A program made the translations under genes and the position numbers. The notes under the pieces were generated by a model. It made no database searches. It saw only the letters and a list, made by a program, of their open reading frames with translations, and was not told where the DNA came from. From Amoebophrya sp. A120 (taxonomy: Eukaryota > Protista > Dinoflagellata), in the NCBI GenBank assembly GCA_905178155.1, contig CAJINV010000006.1, positions 1,427,876 to 1,491,875 of the forward strand: a stretch of 64,000 bases of DNA. Direction: 5' to 3'. Numbering within the stretch: position 1 is the first letter of the stretch; every line of letters starts with the position of its first letter. Shown here piece by piece: positions 26,449 to 37,795 of this stretch.

Positions 26449-26817
26449 AAATGAAGCTGCGTGTCGGTGTCTCAGTTTCTTCTTTGGAGTAGTAGTACAG
26501 CACGAGGAGTGTAGAATAAATCCCGGGCAGCGGTGGTGGCCCTCGCAGCTTTTACTTTATCTCACTAAAAAAATAACGCAGTACATCGAGAACGCCGAGA
26601 ACGTTCCTTCTTTTTTCTAGCGTTGTATAATCCTCGTTTCAGTCGGTCCCTACAAAAATGCGGATCAGTTATTATTGCGCTTTTAGGCACGGCATGGGCA
26701 TAATCTCTCACTTTCACATTGACATGTTTAAAAATTTTCAACCATGTCGGCAGGTGGAAAGGTTATTGCGACCGATCTGTTTGCGTAGTAATCTGGTAAC
26801 CAAAGCGTGCGCAAGCG

Positions 26818-26872
26818 CTCGCAAGAGCGCTTTGCGCGCGGGCTTGCCCGCGCGCAAAGCGCTCTTTGCGAG
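26818..26872. repeat. GC-rich palindrome/hairpin
   Basis: aagagcgctttgcgcgcgggc-tt-gcccgcgcgcaaagcgctctt is a perfect 21-bp stem, extended by ctcgc/gcgag after a 1-nt bulge. Confidence 0.95.
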
Positions 26873-27682
26873 ATGCTCATCCATCGCAAACGCAGCGCGA
26901 AGGCTTTGCCGTTACCATATGGGAGGAACTCGGGGGTATGCAATCACTGGAAAAATCGGGCATTGCCAAGTGTATTTTGCCTTCAGAAAGCGGATCGGGC
27001 AGAATTGGAGGGAATTTTACCGAAAGCAGCCAAAACAGCAATTACCAAGCGGGGAGAGGGTAAAAAAGAGCAGTTTTGCAGCTCCGCCAGGTCTGAATCT
27101 GAAAAAAGATTGCGGCATTTTCGGCAAGGGCCGGTGGTGTGATGCGTTTTATAGCGGAAAATGCGTCACCTCCGGGCAGCTCCAGCCGCTTGAAAATTGA
27201 AAAAAAGCGCTGAAAAAATGCAATTTTTCGCAGCATACAAGCGGCCGACAAAATTTACCGATTTTCTGCAGTCCCCGGAAGCCGCTTGGTAATTGAAAAT
27301 GGCATTTTTTTGTGAAAAAGCAGAAGCCGCTTGAAAATTGCCGCTCAAGGGCGGTTTTTCAAATTGTCACGCGGCCCATACCGTCGAGATTGGACGAAAA
27401 AAAGCAGCCATCAAGCCTGCGGAGGTGTGTCCACCCCCCACGGTTTTCGACCTCTCTGAGGGTCGCAAATTGAAACCCTCCCCCCGCTTAGAAATGCCCG
27501 ATTTGGGTGGCCCAAAAGGGCTGCCGGAAATGAAGGAAATGGTCCAACTTTTTGAAGTTTCTGCATTTTACCTGGCCAGCGTGCCGCCGTGCATAACTTC
27601 ATGCGCGACGGCACAGTGGCCTTCAGAAAAGGCTATGCTTTTCAAGAGGCATCGAAAGGATGCCCCACTGCGAAGTAGCAGA

Positions 27683-27829
27683 CCGGATTTCGCATTCAAT
27701 GCTTATCGCAGGAGCCTGCGGGCCGCCGCGGGCGACAGTAGTTGTCCGCGGCCCTTTAGGGCCGCGGGGAAGTGGTGGAGCCCGCGGCGGCCCGCAGGCT
27801 CCTGCGATAAGCATTGAATAGAAATCCGG
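27683..27829. repeat. Long GC-rich inverted repeat/hairpin
   Basis: Perfect 40-bp arms 27694-27733 / 27780-27819, inner 10-bp stem ccgcggccct/agggccgcgg and outer ccggatttc/gaaatccgg. Confidence 0.95.
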
Positions 27830-28481
27830 AAGCCCCCGATGACCCGAACAGGTCAGGGCCAGGGGTCAGCTTGAACAAGGTTGGCGGGCCTTCGCGCTGG
27901 CTAGATGTTCGCGCACGCTTTTGGTTACCAATATCGCCCTCCGGGCGCGACCTTAATACACACTGAAAAATAGGCCCGACTGCTTTCTCATCATTTTCTT
28001 GCACGAGCGAACGTCGCCCTTGCCGCCTTGCGACCTTCTGTTCATTTTCATCTACCTCGATCTGCCACCGTTCTACCTCGCGTCCTCGTCGAGATGAAAA
28101 CGAAAAAGCATACTATTGTTTAGCGTTAGCGGTTAGCCCGTCCTTCATGAGGCTAGCACAACCTCCATGGACGTTGAGGTTGAGAGTTATTCTTGGAGAG
28201 GAGAGTTGTGATGATTGCTCTGGAAATTGGAGAGAACTTGTTTGAGGTCCAGTTTAATATTCTTGCGTCATCCTGTTGGTGAGAGCGTTTGGAGCTTCGC
28301 AACGGTCGTGTAGTTGTAGTACTTACACAAAGAATTCTGTATTGAACCAAGGTGAATATTTATCAAGTGGTAGTGCGTTGTGGAGGAGAGCAGCGCATTA
28401 AAGCTTAGCTAATTTTTATGATTGTCGAGTAGAACTACAACTACTTCTAGAAGGAACAACGGAAAAAACCTTCCAATCAAG

Positions 28482-31400
28482 ATGCGCGGCCACCACCACC
28501 ATTTAACCGCGGACCAGGTGGACGGGTTTTGGAATCCGGAGGACACAACATATCCACAGAAAAAAAACCGTCCCCATTCATGATCTTGTTTTGCATGACA
28601 AACAAAGGACTTTATACGTGTTTTGCATGACAAATTGGATGGAGATGGTTTTTTTTTCAGTGGACACAACATTGATCAAGACGACAAAGGCTACAACATC
28701 CGGTGGAGCTGATATTGGTGCTAGTACATCAATAACGAAACCGTCTGCTGCTTCAACATCGTCCGCGGCAAGTGCAACCAGTGCGGCAGGCGGGGGTAGT
28801 CTTAGTCACGGCGCAGTCAAACATGGCAGACACAGCAGTTTTCTACTCACACTCCAACCGGGGGGAGTTGTACCTGGTGGGTCGAAAACCTGTGATGCAG
28901 CAGAGCTAGAACGATCACGGAACAGGGATGTGTCGAAAACAGCATTCTACGCCGAGGACCCACCGTATGAGCAATCGGGAGAACCACCATTGACGCAAGG
29001 TAAGGATGAAATTGAAGCAGGTTTTTGTCATTCAATTATATCTTCTACTGCAGAAAGTGAAAGTTTTGTATTGCACAAGGCGCATAAGTAGCTGCATCAG
29101 CATCTTGACTACGTCATCAAAACCATCAGGTTGCGCCAAAGTCCTGAAGGCTTCCAACCAGCTCGAACAGGCCGCGCTGCGGTTACACGACGCAGGGCCG
29201 AGCCGGTTCGGCCGGCGATACTGTCCGAGCGTGTTTAGTATGCATTGCAAAAGGAAAAGTATCGCACTAGTCGAAATCGCATGAGAAACGTCCTCAGCAT
29301 GAGAAGTGGAATTTCTCATGCTGATTTACCTTGGGAATCAGATTTGTCTATGCAAGACTGCGATTACTACGAGTACGATACTTTTGCACAGCATATTTAG
29401 CTTCTGGGACACCGCAGTTTCGAACCTGGAGCAGGGAGGACGGAAAAGTACTTGTTTTTTAAAGCTGATTTCTCGGTTCAGGCTCATGCACGAAGATGTC
29501 TTCGTAGATCGGAGCATTTTTCGATCTCAAGTCGGTACACTCGTCGGATCTCGTTGGGCTACAAGATTGTTGAGGTGTCGATCATTTTTAGGGTTGGATA
29601 AAATTAAAATTTTGAATTTTCGTGGATTTGAACTAGCAACAAAAATGAAATTTTGAAATTTCGCAACCCAGAGGTGACTGACGCGTCCAGATGTGTGTTT
29701 TTTTCGTGCCGCAAAAACGGTGTCTACGGGGCGTGATTTGAAGAGAGCTTGGGGCACTTTTTGGCCGCGGTTTGGGCCACGCGCCCGTGGCTTTTTTCGA
29801 GCCGCAAAAACGGTGTCTACGGGCCGTGATTTAAAGAGAGCTTGGGGCACTTTTTGGCCGCGCTCTGGGCCACGCGCCCGTGGCTTTTTTCGAGCCGCAA
29901 AAACGGCGTCTACGGGTCGTGATCTGAAGAGAGCTTGGGGCACTTCTTGGCCGCGCTCTGGGCCACGCGCCCTTTACTTTTTTCGAGCCGCAAAAACGGT
30001 GTCTACGGGTCGTGATTTGAAGAGGGCTTGGGGCACTTTTTGGCCGCGCTCGGGGCCACGCGCCCGTGGCTTTTTTCGAGCCGCAAAAACGGTGTCTACG
30101 GGGCGTGATTTGAAGAGAGCTTGGGGCACTTTTTGGCCGCGCTCTGGGCCACGCGCCCGTGGCTTTTTTCGAGCCGCAAAAACGGTGTCTACGGGTCGTG
30201 ATTTGAAGAGAGCTTGGGGCACTTTTTGGCCGCGCTCTGGGCCACGCGCCCGTGGCTTTTTTCGAGCCGCAAAAACGGTGTCTACGGGTCGTGATTTGAA
30301 GAGAGCTTGGGGCACTTTTTGGCCGCGCTCTGGGCCACGCGCCCGTGGCTTTTTTCGAGCCGCAAAAACGGTGTCTACGGGTCGTGATTTGAAGAGAGCT
30401 TGGGGCACTTTTTGGCCGCGCTCTGGGCCACGCGCCCGTGGCTTTTTTCGAGCCGCAAAAACGGTGTCTACGGGTCGTGATTTGAAGAGAGCTTGGGGCA
30501 CTTTTTGGCCGCGCTCTGGGCCACGCGCCCGTGGCTTTTTTCGAGCCGCAAAAACGGGGTCTACGGGCCGTGATTTGAAGAGAGTTTGGGGCACTTTTTG
30601 GCCGCGCTCTGGGCCACGCGCCCGTGGCTTGTTTCGAGCCGCAAAAACGGTGTCTACAGGTCGCGACCTGAAGAGAGCTTGGGGCACTTTTTGGCCGCGC
30701 TCTGGGCCACGCGCCCGTGGCTTGTTTCGAGCCGCAAAAACGGCGTCTAGTACAGGTCGTGACCTGAAGAGAGCTTGGGGCACTTTTTGGCCGCGCTCTG
30801 GGCCACGCGGCCGTGGCTTTTTTCGAGCCGCAAAAAAGGTGTCTACAGGTCGTGATCTGAAGAGAGCTTGGTGCACTTTTTGGCCGCGCCCTGGGCCACG
30901 CGCCCTTTACTTTTTTCGAGCCGCAAAAAAGGTGTCTACAGGTCGTGATCTGAAGAGAGCTTGGTGCACTTTTTGGCCGCGCTCTGGGCCACGCGCCCGT
31001 GGCTTGTTTCGAGCCGCAAAAACGGTGTCTCCGGGGCGTGATTTGAAGAGAGCTTGGGGCACTTTTTGGCCGCGGTTTGGGCCACGCGCCCGTGGCTTTT
31101 TTCGAGCCGCGAAAACGGTGTCTACGGGCCGTGATTTGAAGAGAGTTTGGGGCACTTTTTGGCCGCGGTTTGGGCCACGCGGCCGTGGCTTTTTTCGAGC
31201 CGCAAAAACGGTGTCTACGGGCCGTGATTTGAAGAGAGTTTGGGGCACTTTTTGGCCGCGCTCTGGGCCACGCGCCCGTGGCTTTTTTCGAGCCGCAAAA
31301 ACGGCGTCTACGGGTCGTGATTTGAAGAGACGCAACAGCCGCTGTCCGGCCACTTCCGGTACATTGCGGGAGACAAGTCGTCAGCCCCAAGCTACTTATC

Positions 31401-32746
31401 ATTCATTGAGCACTGGCGTTTGATGAGTTTTCATCTGAATTTTGAGGCAGATAAAAATAAAATTTTAAGATTTCGTGGATTGCGACATCAAACACCTGAA
31501 AAAGTTTTGAAATTTTGCACGTTACACAGCCAGAGTCACCTGCTATCGCCAGACAATTTTATACTCATATAGCTAACAGGTACGACAATGATGTCTGGAC
31601 AGTTTTTTCCGGGCAATAAAAATAAAATTTTAGTATTTCGCGGATTTACAAGAACAATAAAAATAAAATTTTGAAATTTCGCTGTTTGTCATCACTAGAA
31701 GTTGTGCTGTTGCTGATGAAGAGAAGCCTCTTTCCACCTCGTCATTCTATCTGTGTACTCCTTGTGAATGTTTTGTGAAATTCGTTGCCAATAAAAATAA
31801 AATTTTAAAATTTCGCGGATTCCACCAATTTGGGAGGAAAATACAATCTGGTCATCACATTGAAAAAACTTGTTCAGTTGGCGCCGTCGTGACATCCTCC
31901 GCCGTCACGAGCGAGTCCGGATTAGCTGCAGCTGCAATTATGGCGGTGACGGCCGCAAGTGGAGCAACGAAAAACGAGGACAATAGAAGTCGGCGAGACC
32001 ACAGGCAGTGTAAAGTGTTGCCCAAGAATAGCTCCTCTTTGGGTGCTGGTGGTGTGTCAACAGAAGAAGATGAACGGATTCTTGCGGGAGGTCCACGTGG
32101 AGGTGATACAGATGGACAACAAGCACAACTACGAGATTTTTACTCTAGAACAACAAGCGACGAAAATATGGAAGAACATCAAATCGAGAACAACTACCTC
32201 CAGGAAAGCTGCGTCGACGGAACCATAATATCAGGCGGCGAAACAACTTCTACGCTACTAGAGGAAGAAGAAGAAGAAGCATCTTCCACTGCGCCATCTC
32301 TAACAAGAATGGCACCTCCTCGTCCGAGCTTGAAGCTGATAGCAGAACCGGTCAAGAAAATGCCCCCAGCGGCATCGGCGATAATAGCGACGACACCGGG
32401 TGGAGTAGAGGCGGTACAGGAACAAATAGATCCACCACTGACCCTGCCACTTCCGAAGATGATCGACGACGCGTACTTGTCCGGAATCGATTTAGACGGG
32501 AGTTTAAGTGATTTCGAGTTGGAAGACGACTGCGATACGGTCGTCCGTCAGAATTACGATCCGGAGGGGCACGAGTTGCAGTGGCAAGACCGAGCAGCGA
32601 ATGCGAGTAGATCTGCAGTAGTACACGACGACACCTGCTCTCATCAACAGCACCTCTACAACTACCCAGGTCTTCAAAGACCGATTTCCTCTTCTTCCTC
32701 TGTCAGCCCCGCACCACCGCCGCAGAGCGCGAAGAGCTTCCTGTAG
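28482..32746 (+). CDS. Hypothetical protein, ~473 aa; 2 introners, GT-AG intron 29000-29129 and a putative satellite-containing GT-AG intron 29448-31877
   Basis: Junctions DTT|LIKT, TQG|CAKV and VFS|FWDT are in frame. A|gtact...ttcag|TT is phase-compatible with ORF 31775-32746, but this last link is inferred. Confidence 0.55.
28551..28666. mobile_element. Introner family H (116 bp, ends ACA)
   Basis: TIR tatccacagaaaaaaaaccgtcccc / ggagatggtttttttttcagtggaca; TSD caaca. Confidence 0.85.
29239..29395. mobile_element. Introner family B
   Basis: TSD tttag. Confidence 0.92.
29698..31330. repeat. 93-bp tandem satellite, ~17.5 copies
   Basis: Unit ttttttcgagccgcaaaaacggtgtctacgggtcgtgatttgaagagagcttggggcactttttggccgcgctctgggccacgcgcccgtggc; 31-aa periodicity in the ORF track. 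Confidence 0.97.
31450..31823 (+). repeat. AT-rich dispersed direct repeats (taaaaataaaatttt-N3-atttcgYggatt), also at 29598-29665
   Basis: Copies near 29599, 29640, 31451, 31616, 31656 and 31790. Confidence 0.85.
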
Positions 32747-33605
32747 ACCGCAACGAGGAGAATTTATTTTTATACACCTTTTGCTACATCTTCGACTGCA
32801 GTAAATATTGCTGGCGGATTTTGCGAGCACGGGTTCTTGAAGAACGAATTTTGCGAACAGAAACTGAACTTCGTTGGCCGGAAGCGCGAGGACAGCGTGA
32901 CTATTATTGGAGTGTGATGAAAATATTTTCGAAGAAAACATACTTAAATAGAAATGAAACGGAACAAATTCTTTCGAGTTAGTTGAACAAGGTGAAGGCT
33001 CAAGAACTAGAGCCGAGGAAAATAGACCCGAAGTTGAACTTGAATCATTAGAATACATAGAACTAGGAGAACTCACTGGACGAATCTAATGTCTAACGCA
33101 AAAGAAACGCTTTTGCTAGTGGGGTGCTGATTACGTTTTTGGGAGCCCCCACATCTCTGCAATGACGAGAGGGCGCGTCAATCGATGCACGCATCTCGTC
33201 AGATGGTGTGTGTTTACACTAAGTGCTCGTACTAGTACACGACGTCCATGCTCGCATTGTATTCGCTTTCGCGCACCCGGAGGGTCCTACAACTTGCAGC
33301 GCTCGAAGAGGTGGAACTGCAGGGAAAATACTCCGAGTGGTCGCTTGAACATTTATTCGCTCGAGATTGATGCGCCATGCGATTAAGATTATGCATTGAT
33401 TATTCCCGGCCCAGCGACACGCTTTTCTCAGCATCGCGTTCGTTCAAAATACCGAATTAAGTACGAATCCGAGCAGTCGCCGGACAAAAATCATGAACGA
33501 CAGCAGGACAACACTAAGAGTTGTGCATAGTTTTAAGAAACAAAGGTCCACCAAGAACTACTTCACGAAAAATAAAGCATAAGCAACAGATAAATAAACC
33601 ACGTC

Positions 33606-36580
33606 ATGTCCCTCTCCCCCAGCACGACCGCCTCCTCAAAACAAGCCGGCGCGGCTTTGATGCGACGTGCGAGTAGTAGCTCCAGCACGACCTCCGCATC
33701 GAATGCAAACGCTGCTTCCTCCGTCCGGCTACTCCTTGTCCGTCACGGTGAGTCCGAGTTTAACGCAGCCATCCGGTCTCCCTCCTGGTGGCTCTCGCCG
33801 CGTTTTTACGCGAATGGGTTTGACCCGGGGATCCGCGACCCGCAGCTGACGCCGAAGGGATATGGCGTTCGCAACTGTTACATTCTCAACTGTTACATGG
33901 ATTCGCGATGCAAGAATGGGAAACGTGAAAGGGGTGGCATTGCGCGTCTTGCATGACAGATTTGGTACAGATTATCAGCCTGCTTGGCCTTTCCAGAATT
34001 TGTCATGCAGAACAGCTTGATCGTGTAGATGATAATGGTAGTTTTGCATGACAAATCATGTAACAGTTGAGAATGTAACAGTTGGGAACGCCATAAGGGA
34101 CGAAGGCAGAGTGTGACGAACCAGGAGAAACTGCAACAGGCGATACGGGATGAGTTGCGGAGGTCGCTGACGTTCGACGAGGGAGAGCAGGAAGATCATG
34201 CAGTTGGGGCTGCTGGGAACGCGAAACAACATAATTCTAGCGAGGAAATAAACAAAGCAGTGAAGCATGACAGGGCAGAAGAGGACGAAGAAGCAGCACA
34301 GCAGCTGCTCCCCGGTGCAGTGGAGGAAGTGGTGGACGCATCGGCGATAGCAAAAAATCCGAATGCAGCTGTACAACGAGGAAACAGTACCAGCAGCTCT
34401 ACGGGCGCCGCGAGCAGTCGAGCGCCATCAACCTCGTCGATGCAGCTAGCAATCTTCACCTCTCCCTTCCAGCGCGCAATACAAACGTCACTGCTTATGC
34501 TCGGAAGAGCGGATTTAGACGCGAGTAAATCACCGAAAACGCGCAGTGGTGCAGCTTCCAGCAATACAATAAACGCCGGCAGTGCAGAGGCAGAACAGCA
34601 TGACAAACAGCGGAAAAAAACTTCCTACATCGGCGGTTTTTTCCGCGCTCTGCTTCCCAGGACCTCGACGTATCCTGTGCAAAAAGGTCTCCACCCCAGA
34701 GTTGTCATGCAAATGCGCAATGATAGGAACATTTGTATTGCGCAGCTCCATGAGCGGCATAATTTTCAGTGGTGTTTTGGCATTTGTAATGCTGTAAACA
34801 GGATGAGAGAGCGGCTTTCTCATGCGGGGTTCCTTGCTAGCCAAAACTACACTGCAGATGGAAAGTTGTCACGCAGAACTCCCAAAACTTGGGGATTTGT
34901 GTTGCAGACTTCCCATCTTGACTATGGTACGGGGGCGTTTCTGGATAGGATACGACGAAAAGTAAGATCATGCCGATCGGGAAAGTGGACTCGAACACTA
35001 ATTCGATAGTATCAACACATGCAAATATATCTGGGTCCGAAAGAATGCAAGTTTGTCATGCTGAGTCTGGACTATGCAAAAATCTGTGTTGCATGATTAC
35101 CAAAAGTAGTTGCCCAATCAATCTTGACCAAGTTGGGAGGGAGTTTCTCATGCAGGATAAGCGTGATAGAGATCTCACAGAATCTGTCACGCTAGTAACT
35201 CCTGCATTCCAGACCTCAGGGGTCATGGCAAATCAGCATGACCAATCTCGCATTCTTCCAGACGCAGACATATTTGCAATGCATAGATAGCTGCGCATGA
35301 CCATGACCACGAGAGAACACTGACAAACAGCACCATGACCGGCCAAAACACCATCGTAGCCCTAGCAGCTCTCCGCGAACGGTGTAAGCACATCAGCGAT
35401 TTAGGGACACCGTTGGAGGAGTTAAAGCAGATCTATCCGGGCGTGAACTTTGACAGCAACGAGGGTTGTAGTACTTCTGCATCAACAAAAAATATCACGA
35501 CGTCGAAAAACGATACCACAGTTGTCGACCAAAAATCGTCAAGAACAGCAACAGACAACTCCTGGTGGCTCCCGAAAAGCAAAGTTGGTCTAGTGGACGC
35601 TATATGCATTGCAAAAGGATCGTACAACTCGTAGTATTGCTATACAAATTAGGTCAGCGAATTTGTCATGCTGATTTGCTTGAAAAAGAAATTTGTCTTG
35701 CATGACTGCGATTAGTACGAGTACGATGCTTTTGCATAGGATACGCGAGTAAGTGGGAACCCAGCTTGCTACGAGGGACCATCGAAAAGAAGGAGGAGGT
35801 ATATAATACTGTAGTTTCATTCCATGTTTTTGTCATGCGGTAAATGCAACTTTGGAAACAGGCTTTCGCTTTGTCATGCACGACAAGAACGACTGTAGTT
35901 GAAGACTGATTGCCGATAATCGTTGGAAATCATGGCAGTCGTAAATACAACTAGGTCCGCGCCCGCATAGACGAAGTGAAGCGGTTTTTCCTACAGCAAC
36001 AAAACGCAAATTTGATCATCGTCTTATGCACTGCATACATGTCTGGGTCTGGAAGAATGCAGCTTGTGATGCTAAATAAGGACTATGCAAAAATTTGTGT
36101 TGCATGATGACCAAAAGCTGTCCACTTTTGACCAAGGTGGGAGTGAGTTTCTTATGCAGGATAGGGATGATACAGATCTCACAGAATCTTTCATGCTGAA
36201 TCCTGCATTGCAGGCCTTGTGTGTCATGTTGAACCTGCATGAGAAGTCTTGTACTTACTCCTCCAGGAGACCCAGAAATATTTGCATCTGATACGTCTTC
36301 GGCCACTCCAACTACTTCCGGGCCTTCATGCCGAACAGCCGAAAGTTGGCGAACGCCGAGATTTATCCTGTGCAAAAGTATCGTACTCGTATAAATGCTA
36401 ATGCAAGTCTTGCATTACAAACCTTGTTCTCAAGCCAGATTAGCATTACAAATTTTATTTCTCATACTGAGGAAATTTGTAATGCATTTATACGAGTGCG
36501 ATACTTGTTTTGCAGTGCATAAGATTGCGAGCTGCACGCTCCACAAGGACGGGGAGGTGTCGGACGTGAAGTTTTTGTGA
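33606..36580 (+). CDS. Histidine phosphatase / phosphoglycerate-mutase-like protein, ~475 aa; 6 introners + GT-AG intron 35799-35954
   Basis: Motifs LLVRHGESEFN, DPQLTPKG|RRQ, FTSPFQRAIQT, LRERCKHISDLG, IIVF|GHSNYF and LANAEI, reassembled across elements. Confidence 0.88.
33861..34095. mobile_element. Introner family I
   Basis: 39-bp TIR tatggcgttcgcaactgttacattctcaactgttacatg (1 mismatch); TSD aggga. Confidence 0.95.
34671..34952. mobile_element. Introner family D
   Basis: TSD cgacg. Confidence 0.9.
35010..35285. mobile_element. Introner family A
   Basis: TSD gatag. Confidence 0.92.
35603..35743. mobile_element. Introner family B
   Basis: TSD cgcta/cgcga. Confidence 0.88.
36025..36293. 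mobile_element. Introner family A
   Basis: TSD cgtct; splits the conserved VFGHS motif. Confidence 0.93.
36364..36521. mobile_element. Introner family B
   Basis: TSD agatt. Confidence 0.93.
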
Positions 36581-37795
36581 TAATTAGTAGAGTTCCGGTT
36601 GTGTTTCACGTGAACACAGCAGATGAAGTAGGGACAGTACTACAAAATAATATCGCAGCTAGTTGTCGTGATTGCATTCGAATGAACTCGTCAGCGTTTT
36701 GTACCATAATTTTTTGAGGAGCATTGGCACGTTTGGTGCCGTTGCTCTGGCTTTTCTTGATACATGTATCTACGACCTACTGTGCTTGTACCATATTTTT
36801 GTCAACGCCCAAATTTTCCGCACGAAGACACTATGTACGATACAGCTTGTCACATGCTAAAAACGATGAAATAGAAACAAAGCCCTCACATAGCTTTACA
36901 ACAGTAGAAACGAAAGCTTGTTTTTCTGAAGATCATCGGCATGAGGAATGAAGAAAACTACAAGGGTTGTTCGTGGAGCAATTTACTTTCAACGAGAACC
37001 ACGAAAGGGCGGTAGTGGTTAATTCCAATCCGCTCTAGAGTTCTTCTCAGTAGCACGCAGTGCAGTGTTCGATACAATCCAAATCGTTTCGTTTAGCCGA
37101 AGAGTTTGGCGTCGTTTTGATGAGATTCCGTAAATCGGCGAAGTACCGCTACAAGTTCGTTCACAGCAGTTGATTGGTGTCTGTTGCTCACGACAGACTA
37201 GTGCTGTACATGTAAAAATCGTGTTTTGGAAGTTTTTCGTATCTATAGTCTTTTACGTTGGTCGTTCATGATCGTTGTGGTCCTCTCGTCGTAGCTGTCG
37301 TTCGGTTCTTTCACCGTGCGTCCATTCAGAAAGAAGCAGTGTGTTGTGTAGTTGGTGTTGAAGTCGCTGTACGTTGCTCGGCTCGTGCGTATCGTGGTTT
37401 GGTGTAGCGTGTATACTCGTCCGAGCATCTAAAAATTCTACACACAAAGGAAAGAATTGGCAAACTCACGTTCCTCTTCAGGTGTGAAAAAACTCAATCT
37501 CGCCCCACTTGCACCCATCAAACGCCCTCACCCTAACCCTTAACCCTAAACCGCATTGCACACTACACGATGAAGATGTGCTACCCAAAGTAAACTATGC
37601 TCAATTGTTTTTGATCATGCTTTTGCTTTTCTACGTGTCCCCCATCAGATGAAGCTGACCAAGAGGACAGAGTGTTTTGACTCCACCAAGTATTTTTGAC
37701 CGTTCCCCTCCGCCAGACCCAGAGGACGTGTCCTGTCGAGAAGCAGGAGCAAGTGGGAGCTCTACTCCAAAAGCAGAAGCTCGCTTTGCAAGAAA

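Noticed and set aside
26658-27817. ORFs in the hairpin island as a transposase or Rep protein
   Set aside because: They are short, overlapping and partly palindrome-derived, with no DDE, HUH or tyrosine-recombinase motifs seen.
29698-31330. CRISPR array
   Set aside because: Units repeat in full with no unique spacers, there are no cas genes, and the context is eukaryotic.
29693-31423. 576-aa (+), 523-aa and 300-aa (-) repeat ORFs as real proteins
   Set aside because: They are by-products of a stop-free 93-bp satellite that is open in several frames on both strands. There is no independent coding evidence.
37527-37552. Telomere-like ccctaa repeats
   Set aside because: Only about three imperfect units, interstitial; could be chance.
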